DNA of 64,000 bases, from NCBI GenBank assembly GCA_002811645.1, contig PDIP01000037.1, forward strand, positions 1 through 64,000, read 5' to 3'. The notes under the pieces are model-generated. The model was given only the letters and a program-made list of their open reading frames with translations. It did no database searches and had not been told where the DNA came from. Position 1 is the first letter of the stretch, and the number at the start of each line of letters is the position of its first letter. A program made the position numbers and the translations under genes. Source of the DNA: Corallochytrium limacisporum Hawaii (Eukaryota; Protista; Pluriformea). Positions 42,709 through 53,101 of this stretch are shown in pieces.

Positions 42709-44136
42709 ATGCAACCAACAATGACAATGCAGGCATACAAGATCGACGGCAAGGCCTCTGGAGCAGAAAAGCTGCGCCTTGTCCGCACCGAGAATATTTT
42801 CGACGCCGGCCTGGAGCCGGATGAGGTGCTGATAAATATTATGTGCTGTTCTTTGTACACTGACGGTATTGAGATCTCCTTTCCATCAGGCACCATTCCT
42901 GGAGCAGGTGTGGTGGGTCTGGTGCAGAGGTACGGCTCCCGCGTGAAAGAGATCAATCCAGAGCTGGCGGGTGCTGAGTGCAGGGTCGGTGTGTCCTACG
43001 GGGCGTTCTCCTGTGGCGATTGCTATCTATGCAAATCCGGGCATGTGAATCGGTGTCCGAACTATAGACTCTTGGGGGAAGACGGCGGCGGTAGATACGG
43101 AGGCGGTTTGGCCGAGTACGCCATTGTGGACGCAGCGTTTTGCTTTGTGTTGCCAAAAGGTATGAAGGACACAGTGTTCCCAGCGGTGCTCACCGTGGGT
43201 GCATTGGCCCACCGTGTGCTGGAAGTCATTGCCAAATTCCTTCCCGGTGTTTCCGCCCATGGCTATTACGGACCACAAGGACTAGCTGTGTACAATGGTA
43301 AGGGAGGCCAAGAGAAACGGCTGCGTAAGTACAGCCAAGACGACAGATGTCAGCGTCTGACCCTTTTGCCGGACGATTCAAAGGAACCCCAAAGGAGACT
43401 CGGCGTGTTTGGGGCCTATGGTAACTTCCCTGTCGCCATAGCGTACCTGGCCAAGACATTTGGCCGCACCTGTGCGATTTTCACTGACCAGTTGGCGGAG
43501 CCTGAGGCCGTCGCGCTGGACAAGCTCGAGAAAACCATCCCGGGTGTGTGGGTGGGTAGCCACGACGAGTACAAGGTGGATTATCCCACTCCAGCTTTCG
43601 GGGTCTCCGATGTGTCATTGCTGGATGGCAGCGTCGTCGTTGTGTCGGGTGATGTCACTGCGGCGCCAGTATCACCGAACACCGGTCGCAAGTTGTCACC
43701 AAGCATGCGTCGGTCTCCGGAGTCACCCTTGACGTTCCTGCGCTCCGTGGTCGGTGGTAGCATTCCCAACACTCCAGTGAAGGAACAAGCATCGGGATTC
43801 GTGCAAGACCCCGCATCGGCAATGATTGAGCTGGCCATTGAACGGACAGTGCCGGGTGGCGCCATCGTCATCGTGGCTATCACAACAGACTGGCGGCCAG
43901 TGCTCAGTCCTGCGACCTGGCAGCGGGTATTCTCGACCAGCAAGCAACTATTAATGGTGGGACCGCGCATGCCACGGGAGTCGGTGGTTGGCGCTTTGCA
44001 AATGAGCAGTCACTTGAGCGCTCACATGAACACCAAGGTGTATGAGTACAATGAGGTGAAGACTGCCTGGGAAGATGGAGCTAGAGATCGGTACAATGGC
44101 ACGGCTGTGGTGCGTGTATCTAAGGATGCCATCTGA
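42709..44136 (+). CDS. MDR-family zinc alcohol dehydrogenase-like protein, probably catalytically degenerate
   Basis: GroES-like domain with structural zinc CGDCYLCKSGHVNRC and GGLAEY; the GHE motif is replaced by GAG. Confidence 0.8.
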   Translation: MQPTMTMQAYKIDGKASGAEKLRLVRTENIFDAGLEPDEVLINIMCCSLYTDGIEISFPSGTIPGAGVVGLVQRYGSRVKEINPELAGAECRVGVSYGAFSCGDCYLCKSGHVNRCPNYRLLGEDGGGRYGGGLAEYAIVDAAFCFVLPKGMKDTVFPAVLTVGALAHRVLEVIAKFLPGVSAHGYYGPQGLAVYNGKGGQEKRLRKYSQDDRCQRLTLLPDDSKEPQRRLGVFGAYGNFPVAIAYLAKTFGRTCAIFTDQLAEPEAVALDKLEKTIPGVWVGSHDEYKVDYPTPAFGVSDVSLLDGSVVVVSGDVTAAPVSPNTGRKLSPSMRRSPESPLTFLRSVVGGSIPNTPVKEQASGFVQDPASAMIELAIERTVPGGAIVIVAITTDWRPVLSPATWQRVFSTSKQLLMVGPRMPRESVVGALQMSSHLSAHMNTKVYEYNEVKTAWEDGARDRYNGTAVVRVSKDAI

Positions 44137-44261
44137 GTTGCGGGACATTCACGTGGCGGGAACGTATTTCGCCCACTGCCTTTACACACGCATTTAAAGA
44201 ATGAGGCACCTAGAATAGAAAATACAATTACATACTTTCACGAACTACGTTCTTTACAATA

Positions 44262-45305
44262 TTACTGCGACTGATGTTTGAGCATATTTGCAATGTCCAA
44301 GTGGCGGATGATACTGTAGGCCATGTCCATGCGGGGAGTAGCAACGCCGAGTTCCTTTCCAGTGCGGATCAGGTTGCCAAAGATTGCCTCAGTCTCCATG
44401 GGGCGACCGTTCATGAAGTCCAGAGTCATGCTGGGACGGTACGGATCCATTGTCTTCGTGAGCACAATCATTTTGTCAATGGTCATGAGATGATCTGGGA
44501 ATGGCTGCCCCAGCCTGGCTTCACTAACCGACTGTGCCTCTTCCATCAGATCGCGGACAACCCGTTCCATGTACGGGTCAACAAGAATTGACCTAGTGTC
44601 TGCACAGCCAGCCATTACGGATGAACCGGAGACAGCAGAGTTCCACAGAATCTTATGCCATCGCACAAGCTCAATGTTCCCTTCTTCAACGGCCTCGCAG
44701 CCAGCGCCTTTCAGTATATCTACCAGCTGTGTGAGTTGAGCGCTCTTGCCGCCGCCAACACGTCCAAGATGGATTGTTGAAAGGGTTTGGTGCCTAAAAT
44801 TTCCCGATTTGAGCTGCGAGGCCGCAGCGTAGACTACACCGCTGATGATCTCATTGTCTGGGTACGCCTTGGCTATATCACCATCAATTTCCACCCCATT
44901 TTGCATAAGCACAATACTTGTGTCGGGACCCTTGACTAATGGCCGTATCAGATCTGCAGTTATCAACTTAGCATCATATCCCTCCCCATTGTATCCCGTT
45001 GGTTTGCTAGAGGAAAGTGCTTTAATGGACACAAACAGATAGTCCCAAGGGTTGCTGGACTCCGCCCCTGCCGTCTCTATGCTCTTGTACACATGACATG
45101 GGGTAAAAGTGTACCTCCCGAAGAGGGTGCTGTCAAAGACTACGCCTTCCTTCTTCACATGATCATAGTTGGAACGACAGATAAAGTCTACATCAGCCAG
45201 GTTTGACACACCCGCTCTCGATCCAAAGAGAGCACCTATGGCACCTGCGCCGACAACGAGCACTCGGGGTCTGGTTGCAGTGACTGCGGAACCTGCGACT
45301 GGCAT
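44262..45305 (-). CDS. 2-dehydropantoate 2-reductase (PanE/ApbA, PAN5-like)
   Basis: VVGAGAIG, VSIKA, LMQNG, WHKILWN, PSMTLDF..GRPMETEAIFG. The start could be 45338 instead. Confidence 0.9.
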   Translation of the reverse strand: MPVAGSAVTATRPRVLVVGAGAIGALFGSRAGVSNLADVDFICRSNYDHVKKEGVVFDSTLFGRYTFTPCHVYKSIETAGAESSNPWDYLFVSIKALSSSKPTGYNGEGYDAKLITADLIRPLVKGPDTSIVLMQNGVEIDGDIAKAYPDNEIISGVVYAAASQLKSGNFRHQTLSTIHLGRVGGGKSAQLTQLVDILKGAGCEAVEEGNIELVRWHKILWNSAVSGSSVMAGCADTRSILVDPYMERVVRDLMEEAQSVSEARLGQPFPDHLMTIDKMIVLTKTMDPYRPSMTLDFMNGRPMETEAIFGNLIRTGKELGVATPRMDMAYSIIRHLDIANMLKHQSQ

Positions 45306-46572
45306 CTCGTGCACTGTCTCTTCGCCAAATATAATCATTATATCCAATACCGCTGGTCTCAACAACGAACGCTTCGCATTCCACAGACATGCACATCGCT
45401 GAATACCTTCCGCTTTGCGATGCAGGTGACTGGCGAATAGGAATTCTGTCGTCACTATAGTCCATCAGACGTCCGAACCAGTGACAGGCTCTAGTCGCGG
45501 AGACGGCTCCCCCCCCTCCTCCCTCCCTTTCCACGTCCCCCATCTCCGGCTGGGGCCCTTTATTAACTATACCCCCTACCATCCTTTTGCTGACCTCGAA
45601 TTGTACAAAGCGAGTGCAGGAATCGTACGTTTTCCATATCAAAAGAAGCCGCTGTTAGACCGGACTTCGCCACGGCCACTTACATGGACTGTCAAGAACA
45701 GATGCTGCTCATCGTTCCTTACCCATAAGAAGGCCGTCACCATGATAGCACACATCCAGAACATAAAGAATTGGAATACCAGGCATCCTTGTGTCAAAAT
45801 TCTGCAGTTTTTGCTCCTCCGACAATCGGTGATCTTGCCCTAGAGAAAGGGAGTCTATTTTCAAACTCAATGTTTCCAAAAATAATCCAAACTCCCCTCC
45901 CTACAGCCTTGCCGGAGATTACGCGTGGGAGTCGAGAGACACCCCCACCGGCAGGGATGTCACAGAGAGACGAAATGGGAGTGGGTCAAGGCTCTTGTGC
46001 TTGCACTCCACAACGCGTGTCATCTGCCTTACCTCTTGCTCTTTGCAGCTGCTTTGAATGCTGATTTACTGGGAGTCAGTGTCACAGTGTTGGTGGGTGG
46101 TACACTCTCTGGTCACTATCGTAGTGAGTGTCTGAGGGCTCCTAGTCGATGCGTGGATTACTCAGACCCTGCTGTCAGATCTATTGAACAGAGAAAGAAG
46201 CTGCGTGGAGGGACAATGCGCCGGGTACCTGCCCACCCGATACAAAATCTCTCCCGGGTAGCACCAGACCCCGTGACGCAACCCAGAAAAAATTCAGTGA
46301 ATCGGAAGCAAGTACCTACGGAAGCGATGGCGGAGGGGAGTGTCACGGACGTGGTATTCGGAGTGAGACGGCTGCTCTTGCCATCTCGTGTATGTACGTT
46401 CACAGCTTGTTACTGTGTTTGTCGTTTAGTGAGGCGAAAATAAGCTCTGGAATCACTGGTCTTTGGTGTTTGTACACAGTACAATATAGTCACTTCATTG
46501 CTCCGGTCTGGAAAGCTCTTGTGTGGACGATGGTCTGAGGTGGGGTTCCCGTACAGAAGTCAGAAGCAAACA

Positions 46573-47736
46573 ATGTTGAGATCATTGTGCAGAGTGCGCC
46601 AGCACAAGAACCACTTGCAGGCTGCTACTGCGTGGGCACTGCAAAGGACTGGACATACTTCCGTGGGGAATAGTGCTATATTATGTCACCGTCGGTTTGC
46701 AACCGAAGCAGTGGGTGCTGAACGGAGGACTGGCTTTGCCGGCTTCATTAGCAGAAATAAAAAGAAATTGGGAGTTGGCGGAGCACTTTTGGTTGCAGCA
46801 GAGTTAATCTCTATAGGGCTCACAGCCAAGATGGAGTACGAAATCCCGTTGTCTGCCCGGGTCCGTTTGTATTTTGCGGTATCGAACTCTGACGACTACG
46901 CCTCAGCGGAGAAGCATTGGCACGCTGCACTAGAGACGGTGCGTGATCCTAAGGTAGCTAAACGGAGTCCAAGGGCTCTGATTGAAGTGTCCTTACCAGC
47001 TGGAGACTTCTACTACGAGCACGGTAGGTACAAACAAGCGATAGAGTGTTACGAAGACGCAGTGGCCATGATCATCATGCATCATAGCGAATCCAAACAG
47101 GATGGACTGGAACAGTACGGGCCCTTATTTGCTCATGCAGCCAACAACATGGCAGACATCTACGAAAAGACGCGCAGGTACAAGAAAGCAGAAGATACTC
47201 TAAAGCTGGCACTCATGCTCACGGAGGAACTGGGTGAAATTAAGGGACATGACAGAGAGAGCCTGTACGCCATTCTCCACACTGCCCAGCGATTGGCCAA
47301 CAGCTACCTTGATTCTGACAGGCCTGGAAAGGCAGTTGCGCTCTTCAAGCGTGCAGCCAGGATAGAAGAGGAACTCTTTGGACCAAATGATCCCGCCACT
47401 GTGGACACACTGAACAACTTGGCCATTGTGGCTTGCCAAGTAGAGGCCTACGAAACTGCCACGGAGGCAGCCAGACTGGCCCTATCGAGGGCAAGTGGAG
47501 GAGGCCCAGCTTCAAACCAGGTCCCGACAATTATGATTAATCTGGCAAGCGTCTACCGTCGTATGGGCAAGATAAATGCCGCATTTCAAACCATCAACAA
47601 TGCTTTGGACATTTATGAAGAGGGTGAATTGGTTTTTGAAGAAGAGGATGTACAATATCTGAACAGTGAGAGGCAGAAGTTGGAAGCCGAAATGGGTGGA
47701 TATGCAAGCCATCATTTGAATCCCAGTGGCGAATAG
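46573..47736 (+). CDS. Mitochondrial TPR protein, TTC19-like
   Basis: Arg-rich presequence (..CHRRFATE), a hydrophobic segment, kinesin-light-chain-type TPRs (FGPNDPATVDTLNNLA). Confidence 0.6.
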   Translation: MLRSLCRVRQHKNHLQAATAWALQRTGHTSVGNSAILCHRRFATEAVGAERRTGFAGFISRNKKKLGVGGALLVAAELISIGLTAKMEYEIPLSARVRLYFAVSNSDDYASAEKHWHAALETVRDPKVAKRSPRALIEVSLPAGDFYYEHGRYKQAIECYEDAVAMIIMHHSESKQDGLEQYGPLFAHAANNMADIYEKTRRYKKAEDTLKLALMLTEELGEIKGHDRESLYAILHTAQRLANSYLDSDRPGKAVALFKRAARIEEELFGPNDPATVDTLNNLAIVACQVEAYETATEAARLALSRASGGGPASNQVPTIMINLASVYRRMGKINAAFQTINNALDIYEEGELVFEEEDVQYLNSERQKLEAEMGGYASHHLNPSGE

Positions 47737-49720
47737 AACATATAAAATGCGCATTTAAATTCAATTTGTTATGTTCACGGCATCGATTATTCAATGTATA
47801 ACTTCGAATTTGAAATTTGCATGAGAGGCTTAATTTAATACTTGGAAGCTACCGATTTTGAAAAGAAGTCAAGTTACTATAAGATCGAGAGATAAGGGGT
47901 GATCTGCTTTGGAGTTAAGGACTTTCAAGCAAGTTGTAGGCAAAGCACACGCTGATCAAAACCTATTCGCTCTTGCACTGAAAACTTGGCTGTATTGTTA
48001 ATTATGAAATTGCAATGGCAATGGCAATGGCATATGACTGCTGTGGAACATATGCGATTATGTATTGTGATTGCATCTGTTGAATTTCCATTAATCGTGA
48101 ATCTGGTTGGCATAGTGGTAGATGTCACACTGTTCCATATTCAGGGTGAGAACAAAGAGAACCTTACAACGTTGTCCTTGATGCATTTGTGATTTTCATT
48201 TCCCCCTCAATATGGATATATTGGAGTATACGCTCAATATGCGCTTCTCCGCGGTCTGATTCAATCGGTAGTGCTTCGCAAACCGCCTTCAAGCGTTCCG
48301 GGTTCTGAAAGCTCCCAAACCTTTGCCTAATACACTTAGCATTCCTGATACCAGGGCAGCTGAGAGCACCACCTGGAGACCCTTCGGCCATTCCAGCTGG
48401 GTTGTTCTGTCGAGGAGGATTCAATAAATAGACAATGCACCACACCACACACTCCACCCCAACCCCCGGGCCGGTTGCTGGTTTTCGCATGGACCTACCA
48501 ACCTCAGCAGGGCTCCCAAATGCTTGTCACCGTTCCGAGTGCTTACTCCTGCTACCTCCTATACTCAATCCCTTCCCAGCCCCACCACGCAACCGTTTCG
48601 CCTGCCCAGCTCTGCTTTTATTTGCTCTCGGACCGGTAACCAACGAGAGCCAGGGAAAATTCTGATCACAACAAACCCCAAGACCAAGAGTCGTCAAACA
48701 ATGGAAAACTTTACTGGTGAGCTCGCTGGTGCCCAAGCAATGCCCGTTGGATGCTGTAACTGGGGCACCCCGGCAAGAGAGATGTGGCATACACTCTACC
48801 GTGGCCTTCCACATCGCAGGTTACCCAATACTTTGTTACCAACCAAACTCACCAGCAATGAATGTACCGCGTGATAGGCCCACCGCCACTCCGAATACAT
48901 ACCTTAATTGAAAAAATCGGGAACGAATGAATCAAACAACTGAAACCTAAGGTCTAAAGCACACACCCAAGACCAACCCCGAGAGCCTTTGCACAACCAC
49001 CGACCAGAGAGAGAAGGCGAAAGAAGCCGAAAGCACTGGAATACTTGGGCTGATGATGGTGCTGTGCTTACCCACCCCTCCCCCTCCTTTCCCAATACGT
49101 TGGCCACAGACGTCGGACAAATATACGAATTCATTACTGAAAATAGAACTTCAGCAACAAAAAGTTGACTGCCGGGTACCGGAAGCTGCGGCGTGTGTGT
49201 GTGTGGGGCACGCACATTACTTTCCTATACGCGCAATACATACATTTGATTGAAGGGAAGCAGGAGCCCCCGGGGGTTGGAGGGGGTGGGGCAAAGATCG
49301 GGGGCCCACCATACCAAAAAGGAGCCCCCGCTTCCCTCGCAAATAATTCTGCGACCTCACTAACGGCACACCGGCCGAAGTAATTGGAGCCTTCTTGGAG
49401 GATAGTGGGAGGGTGCGCGCTGGCTGGGAGACGGGTGCGTCTCTGGGTTGGTTGACTGCGGGTGGGCCGGCCGTACCACATAGTTTCCTAGGTGGGCACG
49501 GAGTCTGGGTATTTTAGAACCAGCCTTCAAGGGTGTCTTGCAGTCACGTTCTTATCATTGACAATCAAAAAAGGGACAAAACAAACAACTCAGTGTCACA
49601 AGCCGGTTGGAGAGAACTGGGACAGAGATCCTGATAGCTCCGACAGAAATGTGACGGTTGAAAATACAACCCAATTGGAAAAACACAGACGTAAGGCACA
49701 AGCAAGTACACTTGTTAGTC

Positions 49721-52700
49721 ATGTCAGAAAGCACGAGCGTTTCTTTTTTTGATCAAAATGAGAAGCTCCGGGCTTATATCCTGGACATCATCACAGGCGC
49801 GGGTGGTGAACAGAAGCTTAACCTCCACGACGCTGTGCGCGCGGGTGACACGACATTAATCAGTGCCCTTGTACGCTTAGCACAGAAGGATGCACATGAA
49901 GGAAAATATCCACTTGAAGAGCTCGTGGAGTCCCAGCGCCAGAGTTTGGCGTCATTGGGTGAGATGAACGGCGGCGCCGGCGAGGCCACGAAGGAGCCTC
50001 CAGCCCGGCCTCCTAAACTACCACCAAAACGGCACGCCACACAGGCACCGCGGAGCTTGGGATTTGGAGTCAGAGATCAAAGTTCTAATTCACATCGTTC
50101 AGTTGGTGTTGCTATCATTCCGCCGTCGAGCGAGACACTGGCCGCCGCCAACGAAGCGGTGCGGCCTGATCAGAGAGAACGCCCATCAATGAACCTGCTA
50201 AGTCTGTGGGCGAGTCAGCCGGACAGCAACGGGGACACACCACTGCACCTTGCAGTGGCACTGTTGGATCGATTGGAACCAAAAATTGTTGGTGCACCAC
50301 CGGTCAAGGCGAAAAAGGTCAAAGATAAAGACGCAGAAGGCGAACTGAAGGGTGCTGGCGCCACTGCTACTGTCAACAAGAAGGACATTGCCAGCGAAAA
50401 AATTAAGCAGAGGATCACTCCAACAGAAGTTGAAGGCATTGTACAGACATTGGTACACTATGCCGGAGCAGATGTCATGGCTCGCAACAAACTGGGACGC
50501 ACGCCCATCCACGAGGCCTGCCGCGTGGGTGCTGTGAACTTGGTGAAGATGTTGGCTCAGAATGCACCGGAGGGATTTACCGATGCCGCGTCGTTGACCG
50601 ATTTTAGCGGCGCCAGTCCCCTGCGCCTGGCTACGCAAGAGGGTCACGGACGGTTGGTGCAGTGGCTGCTCAACGAGGAGATCGATTCTGTCACGGACCA
50701 CGGACCTTTGCACTTAGGCGCAGCCGTGGGATTGCTGCAGGGTAAAGATGACGAGGTCACCACAGCCTTTGCCGCCCGGGCCATCACTGTTCTGCGGATG
50801 CGTCGGAAGTCATTGGGTGCTACGAATCCATTTAGTGAAGATGAAGCAGACAACACGGAGGTCTGGTGCGCCCGGCATACTGAATGGAACTTGGAGACTG
50901 CTCTACATACAGCCTGCCGATACGGCATGGAGGATGCGGCCATGACCCTGGCTGAAGTGTGTCCAGTGTCCCTGTTAATGAAGGATCGCCACAAACGGTT
51001 CCCAATGCGAGTGTGTGGAAATGTGCAGTTGTTGATGCGCCTGATTGACTTTGTGCGAACCTGCGAAGTGAATGGTATGCCAGAGGAGGCCTGTGGACCG
51101 CCCCTTCCGCCTGCCAATGCTGCTTTGGCAGTTGTAATTGGCACTGTGGATGCCAAGGATGGCATGGACATGGTTGGTTGGTGTTTGTGGATGATGGCTG
51201 GATTCAAGGGACTGGCCATGGAACACAGTGAACGACTAAAGATTATGAGGCGCAAGATTGTGGAGGAGCGGGCAGCAGCACGCAGACGAGACCTCGAGAA
51301 GGCCATGTCGCGTCTAAGTGGTGCGGATCTCTCCGCCTTCCGGTTTACCCCAAACGGTGAGGATGGGGACGAGACTGGAATGGATGACGATGAGGAAGAT
51401 CGCTTCACGGACATGATGCAGTTCTTGAGCAAGGGATTGGGAGTGAGTGTTCAGAGTGCACAGCACCAGGAAGCAATGGCAGGCATCATGTCGGAATCAG
51501 TAGCCAGCAAGGGCGGCAAGATGCTGCAGATTGGACAAATGTCAGAATCAGAGGAGGAATGGTTACAGGCATTGAAGCTCATGCTCGAGTATTGGATATG
51601 TCCCGATCCCCGGGAACAGGAAGTCCGTGACAATCCTGACGATGCCCTTTACCAGCATCCGCTGCTGCTCTGTGCCCGTTTGATTGCCAACCACGCTGCC
51701 ATGCTAAGCCCGAAGGCCATGAAGCCCAGCAAACCTTTGGAATGCCTCATGGAGGCCTACGCTCTAATTATTGCCAATATTCGTAACAGCAGTGGACCGG
51801 CCGGGGTGGCTCATGTATTGAAGCATTTGACAGAACATGACTCAGGACTCACCATGGTGCACTACGTCGCCCTGGCAGGCCCGTTCCCGGGACCTACCAT
51901 GATGAACGATTTGCTGCAGCACGGTGTGGAATCGGATGCTATGGATTTTGACGGTGCTAGTCCCGTGCACGCTGCCTGCCTGGCCAACAATACTGCCATA
52001 ATGGAGCAGTTGCTGAGCACGCTGCCGCAAGATCGCCTGGAAACCATTGTGAATTCTAAGCTGAGCCCTCGTTCCCCGACCCTCTGGCTACTTCGCCGAC
52101 AGCATTGCTTCCCTTGGGAAGAGGAAACCGAAGAAGAACTCAAGCATCGCGTAGCGGAGACGCCGACCGGCCGCGCGAATGCGATGAGTCAGAAGCTCAC
52201 GCTCGGCAGCGGCTGGACGCCGATGCACTGTTTGGCCATGAACCGTTCCGGAGACCCGAATGTGGCCAAGCGGCTGCAGGCCTTGGGGGCTGATCCCTGG
52301 GCCAAAGATTCCCTGGCCCAAACACCGTTGGTGGTGGCTGCCTTTGCTCTGAACACGCCACTGGTTCATGTCATCCAGGGTATGCCGGATCAGTACGGAG
52401 AGGGCGACTCGCAGCTCGAGAGTCTCACTGCAAAGGACGCTCGTGGTGTGAGTATTCTTGAGCGCCTGTTCCGTAATTTCGCCATTCGATCCCTGGCGGC
52501 TATGAACAATGCCAGGGCCGCTAACGACAGTCTGCGTGCTTTGAAGGAGACGCAACGGGATAAGACTGAGGAATTGGAACGACGGCGGGACGTGCGCCAG
52601 TCGGCCCTGGGCGAAGAGATGACTAGCAGTCAAGCAGTGTTTGCGGCAAATGTGAAGAGTGTTGACAAGAGTTTACGAACAGCCTCAGCTCTGGCATCAC

Positions 52701-52966
52701 TACTCGAAATCCTGTTCTCTTACATCCTGCCGCGTCTGGAGATGAGTACAGATGAACTGCTGACCCTCACGCGCTTTGCTAGTGGTGCCACCACCCGCCT
52801 GTCGACTGCGAACCGCAGCCTGATCATTGTGTACAGCGATCTGCAAGCCATGCGCAGGGTTGACAAGCAACGGGCTGCTCTGAAAACCGATGTGCGCATC
52901 AGCGGTGAGCTCTGTGAATGGATGGCCAAGTGGCTTAGTGTTCTCGCCAAGAAGATCGCAAAATGA
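49721..52966 (+). CDS. Large ankyrin-repeat protein
   Basis: Ankyrin motifs GDTPLHLA, GRTPIHEA, GASPLRLA, ETALHTA, GASPVHAA, GWTPMH; C-terminal coiled coil. Confidence 0.88.
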   Translation: MSESTSVSFFDQNEKLRAYILDIITGAGGEQKLNLHDAVRAGDTTLISALVRLAQKDAHEGKYPLEELVESQRQSLASLGEMNGGAGEATKEPPARPPKLPPKRHATQAPRSLGFGVRDQSSNSHRSVGVAIIPPSSETLAAANEAVRPDQRERPSMNLLSLWASQPDSNGDTPLHLAVALLDRLEPKIVGAPPVKAKKVKDKDAEGELKGAGATATVNKKDIASEKIKQRITPTEVEGIVQTLVHYAGADVMARNKLGRTPIHEACRVGAVNLVKMLAQNAPEGFTDAASLTDFSGASPLRLATQEGHGRLVQWLLNEEIDSVTDHGPLHLGAAVGLLQGKDDEVTTAFAARAITVLRMRRKSLGATNPFSEDEADNTEVWCARHTEWNLETALHTACRYGMEDAAMTLAEVCPVSLLMKDRHKRFPMRVCGNVQLLMRLIDFVRTCEVNGMPEEACGPPLPPANAALAVVIGTVDAKDGMDMVGWCLWMMAGFKGLAMEHSERLKIMRRKIVEERAAARRRDLEKAMSRLSGADLSAFRFTPNGEDGDETGMDDDEEDRFTDMMQFLSKGLGVSVQSAQHQEAMAGIMSESVASKGGKMLQIGQMSESEEEWLQALKLMLEYWICPDPREQEVRDNPDDALYQHPLLLCARLIANHAAMLSPKAMKPSKPLECLMEAYALIIANIRNSSGPAGVAHVLKHLTEHDSGLTMVHYVALAGPFPGPTMMNDLLQHGVESDAMDFDGASPVHAACLANNTAIMEQLLSTLPQDRLETIVNSKLSPRSPTLWLLRRQHCFPWEEETEEELKHRVAETPTGRANAMSQKLTLGSGWTPMHCLAMNRSGDPNVAKRLQALGADPWAKDSLAQTPLVVAAFALNTPLVHVIQGMPDQYGEGDSQLESLTAKDARGVSILERLFRNFAIRSLAAMNNARAANDSLRALKETQRDKTEELERRRDVRQSALGEEMTSSQAVFAANVKSVDKSLRTASALASLLEILFSYILPRLEMSTDELLTLTRFASGATTRLSTANRSLIIVYSDLQAMRRVDKQRAALKTDVRISGELCEWMAKWLSVLAKKIAK

Positions 52967-53101
52967 AGAAATTTGAAAATCGTGATGCAAGATATTTGAT
53001 CAACCAAGTCACGTTCACAGTACAAGTGCTTTCCCCAAGAAATTAACATCTCGTTCATTTCATAAAGGACTAGAGAAGTAAAGAAAGTGTATTGGGGTCG
53101 T

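Noticed and set aside
45925-46443. 172-aa ORF upstream of TTC19-like as a second bicistron
   Set aside because: Non-ATG start, internal ATGs present, no recognisable domain.
48014-48032. (CAATGG)3 microsatellite; also the CTA-rich run at 40430-40470
   Set aside because: Short simple repeats with no evident function.
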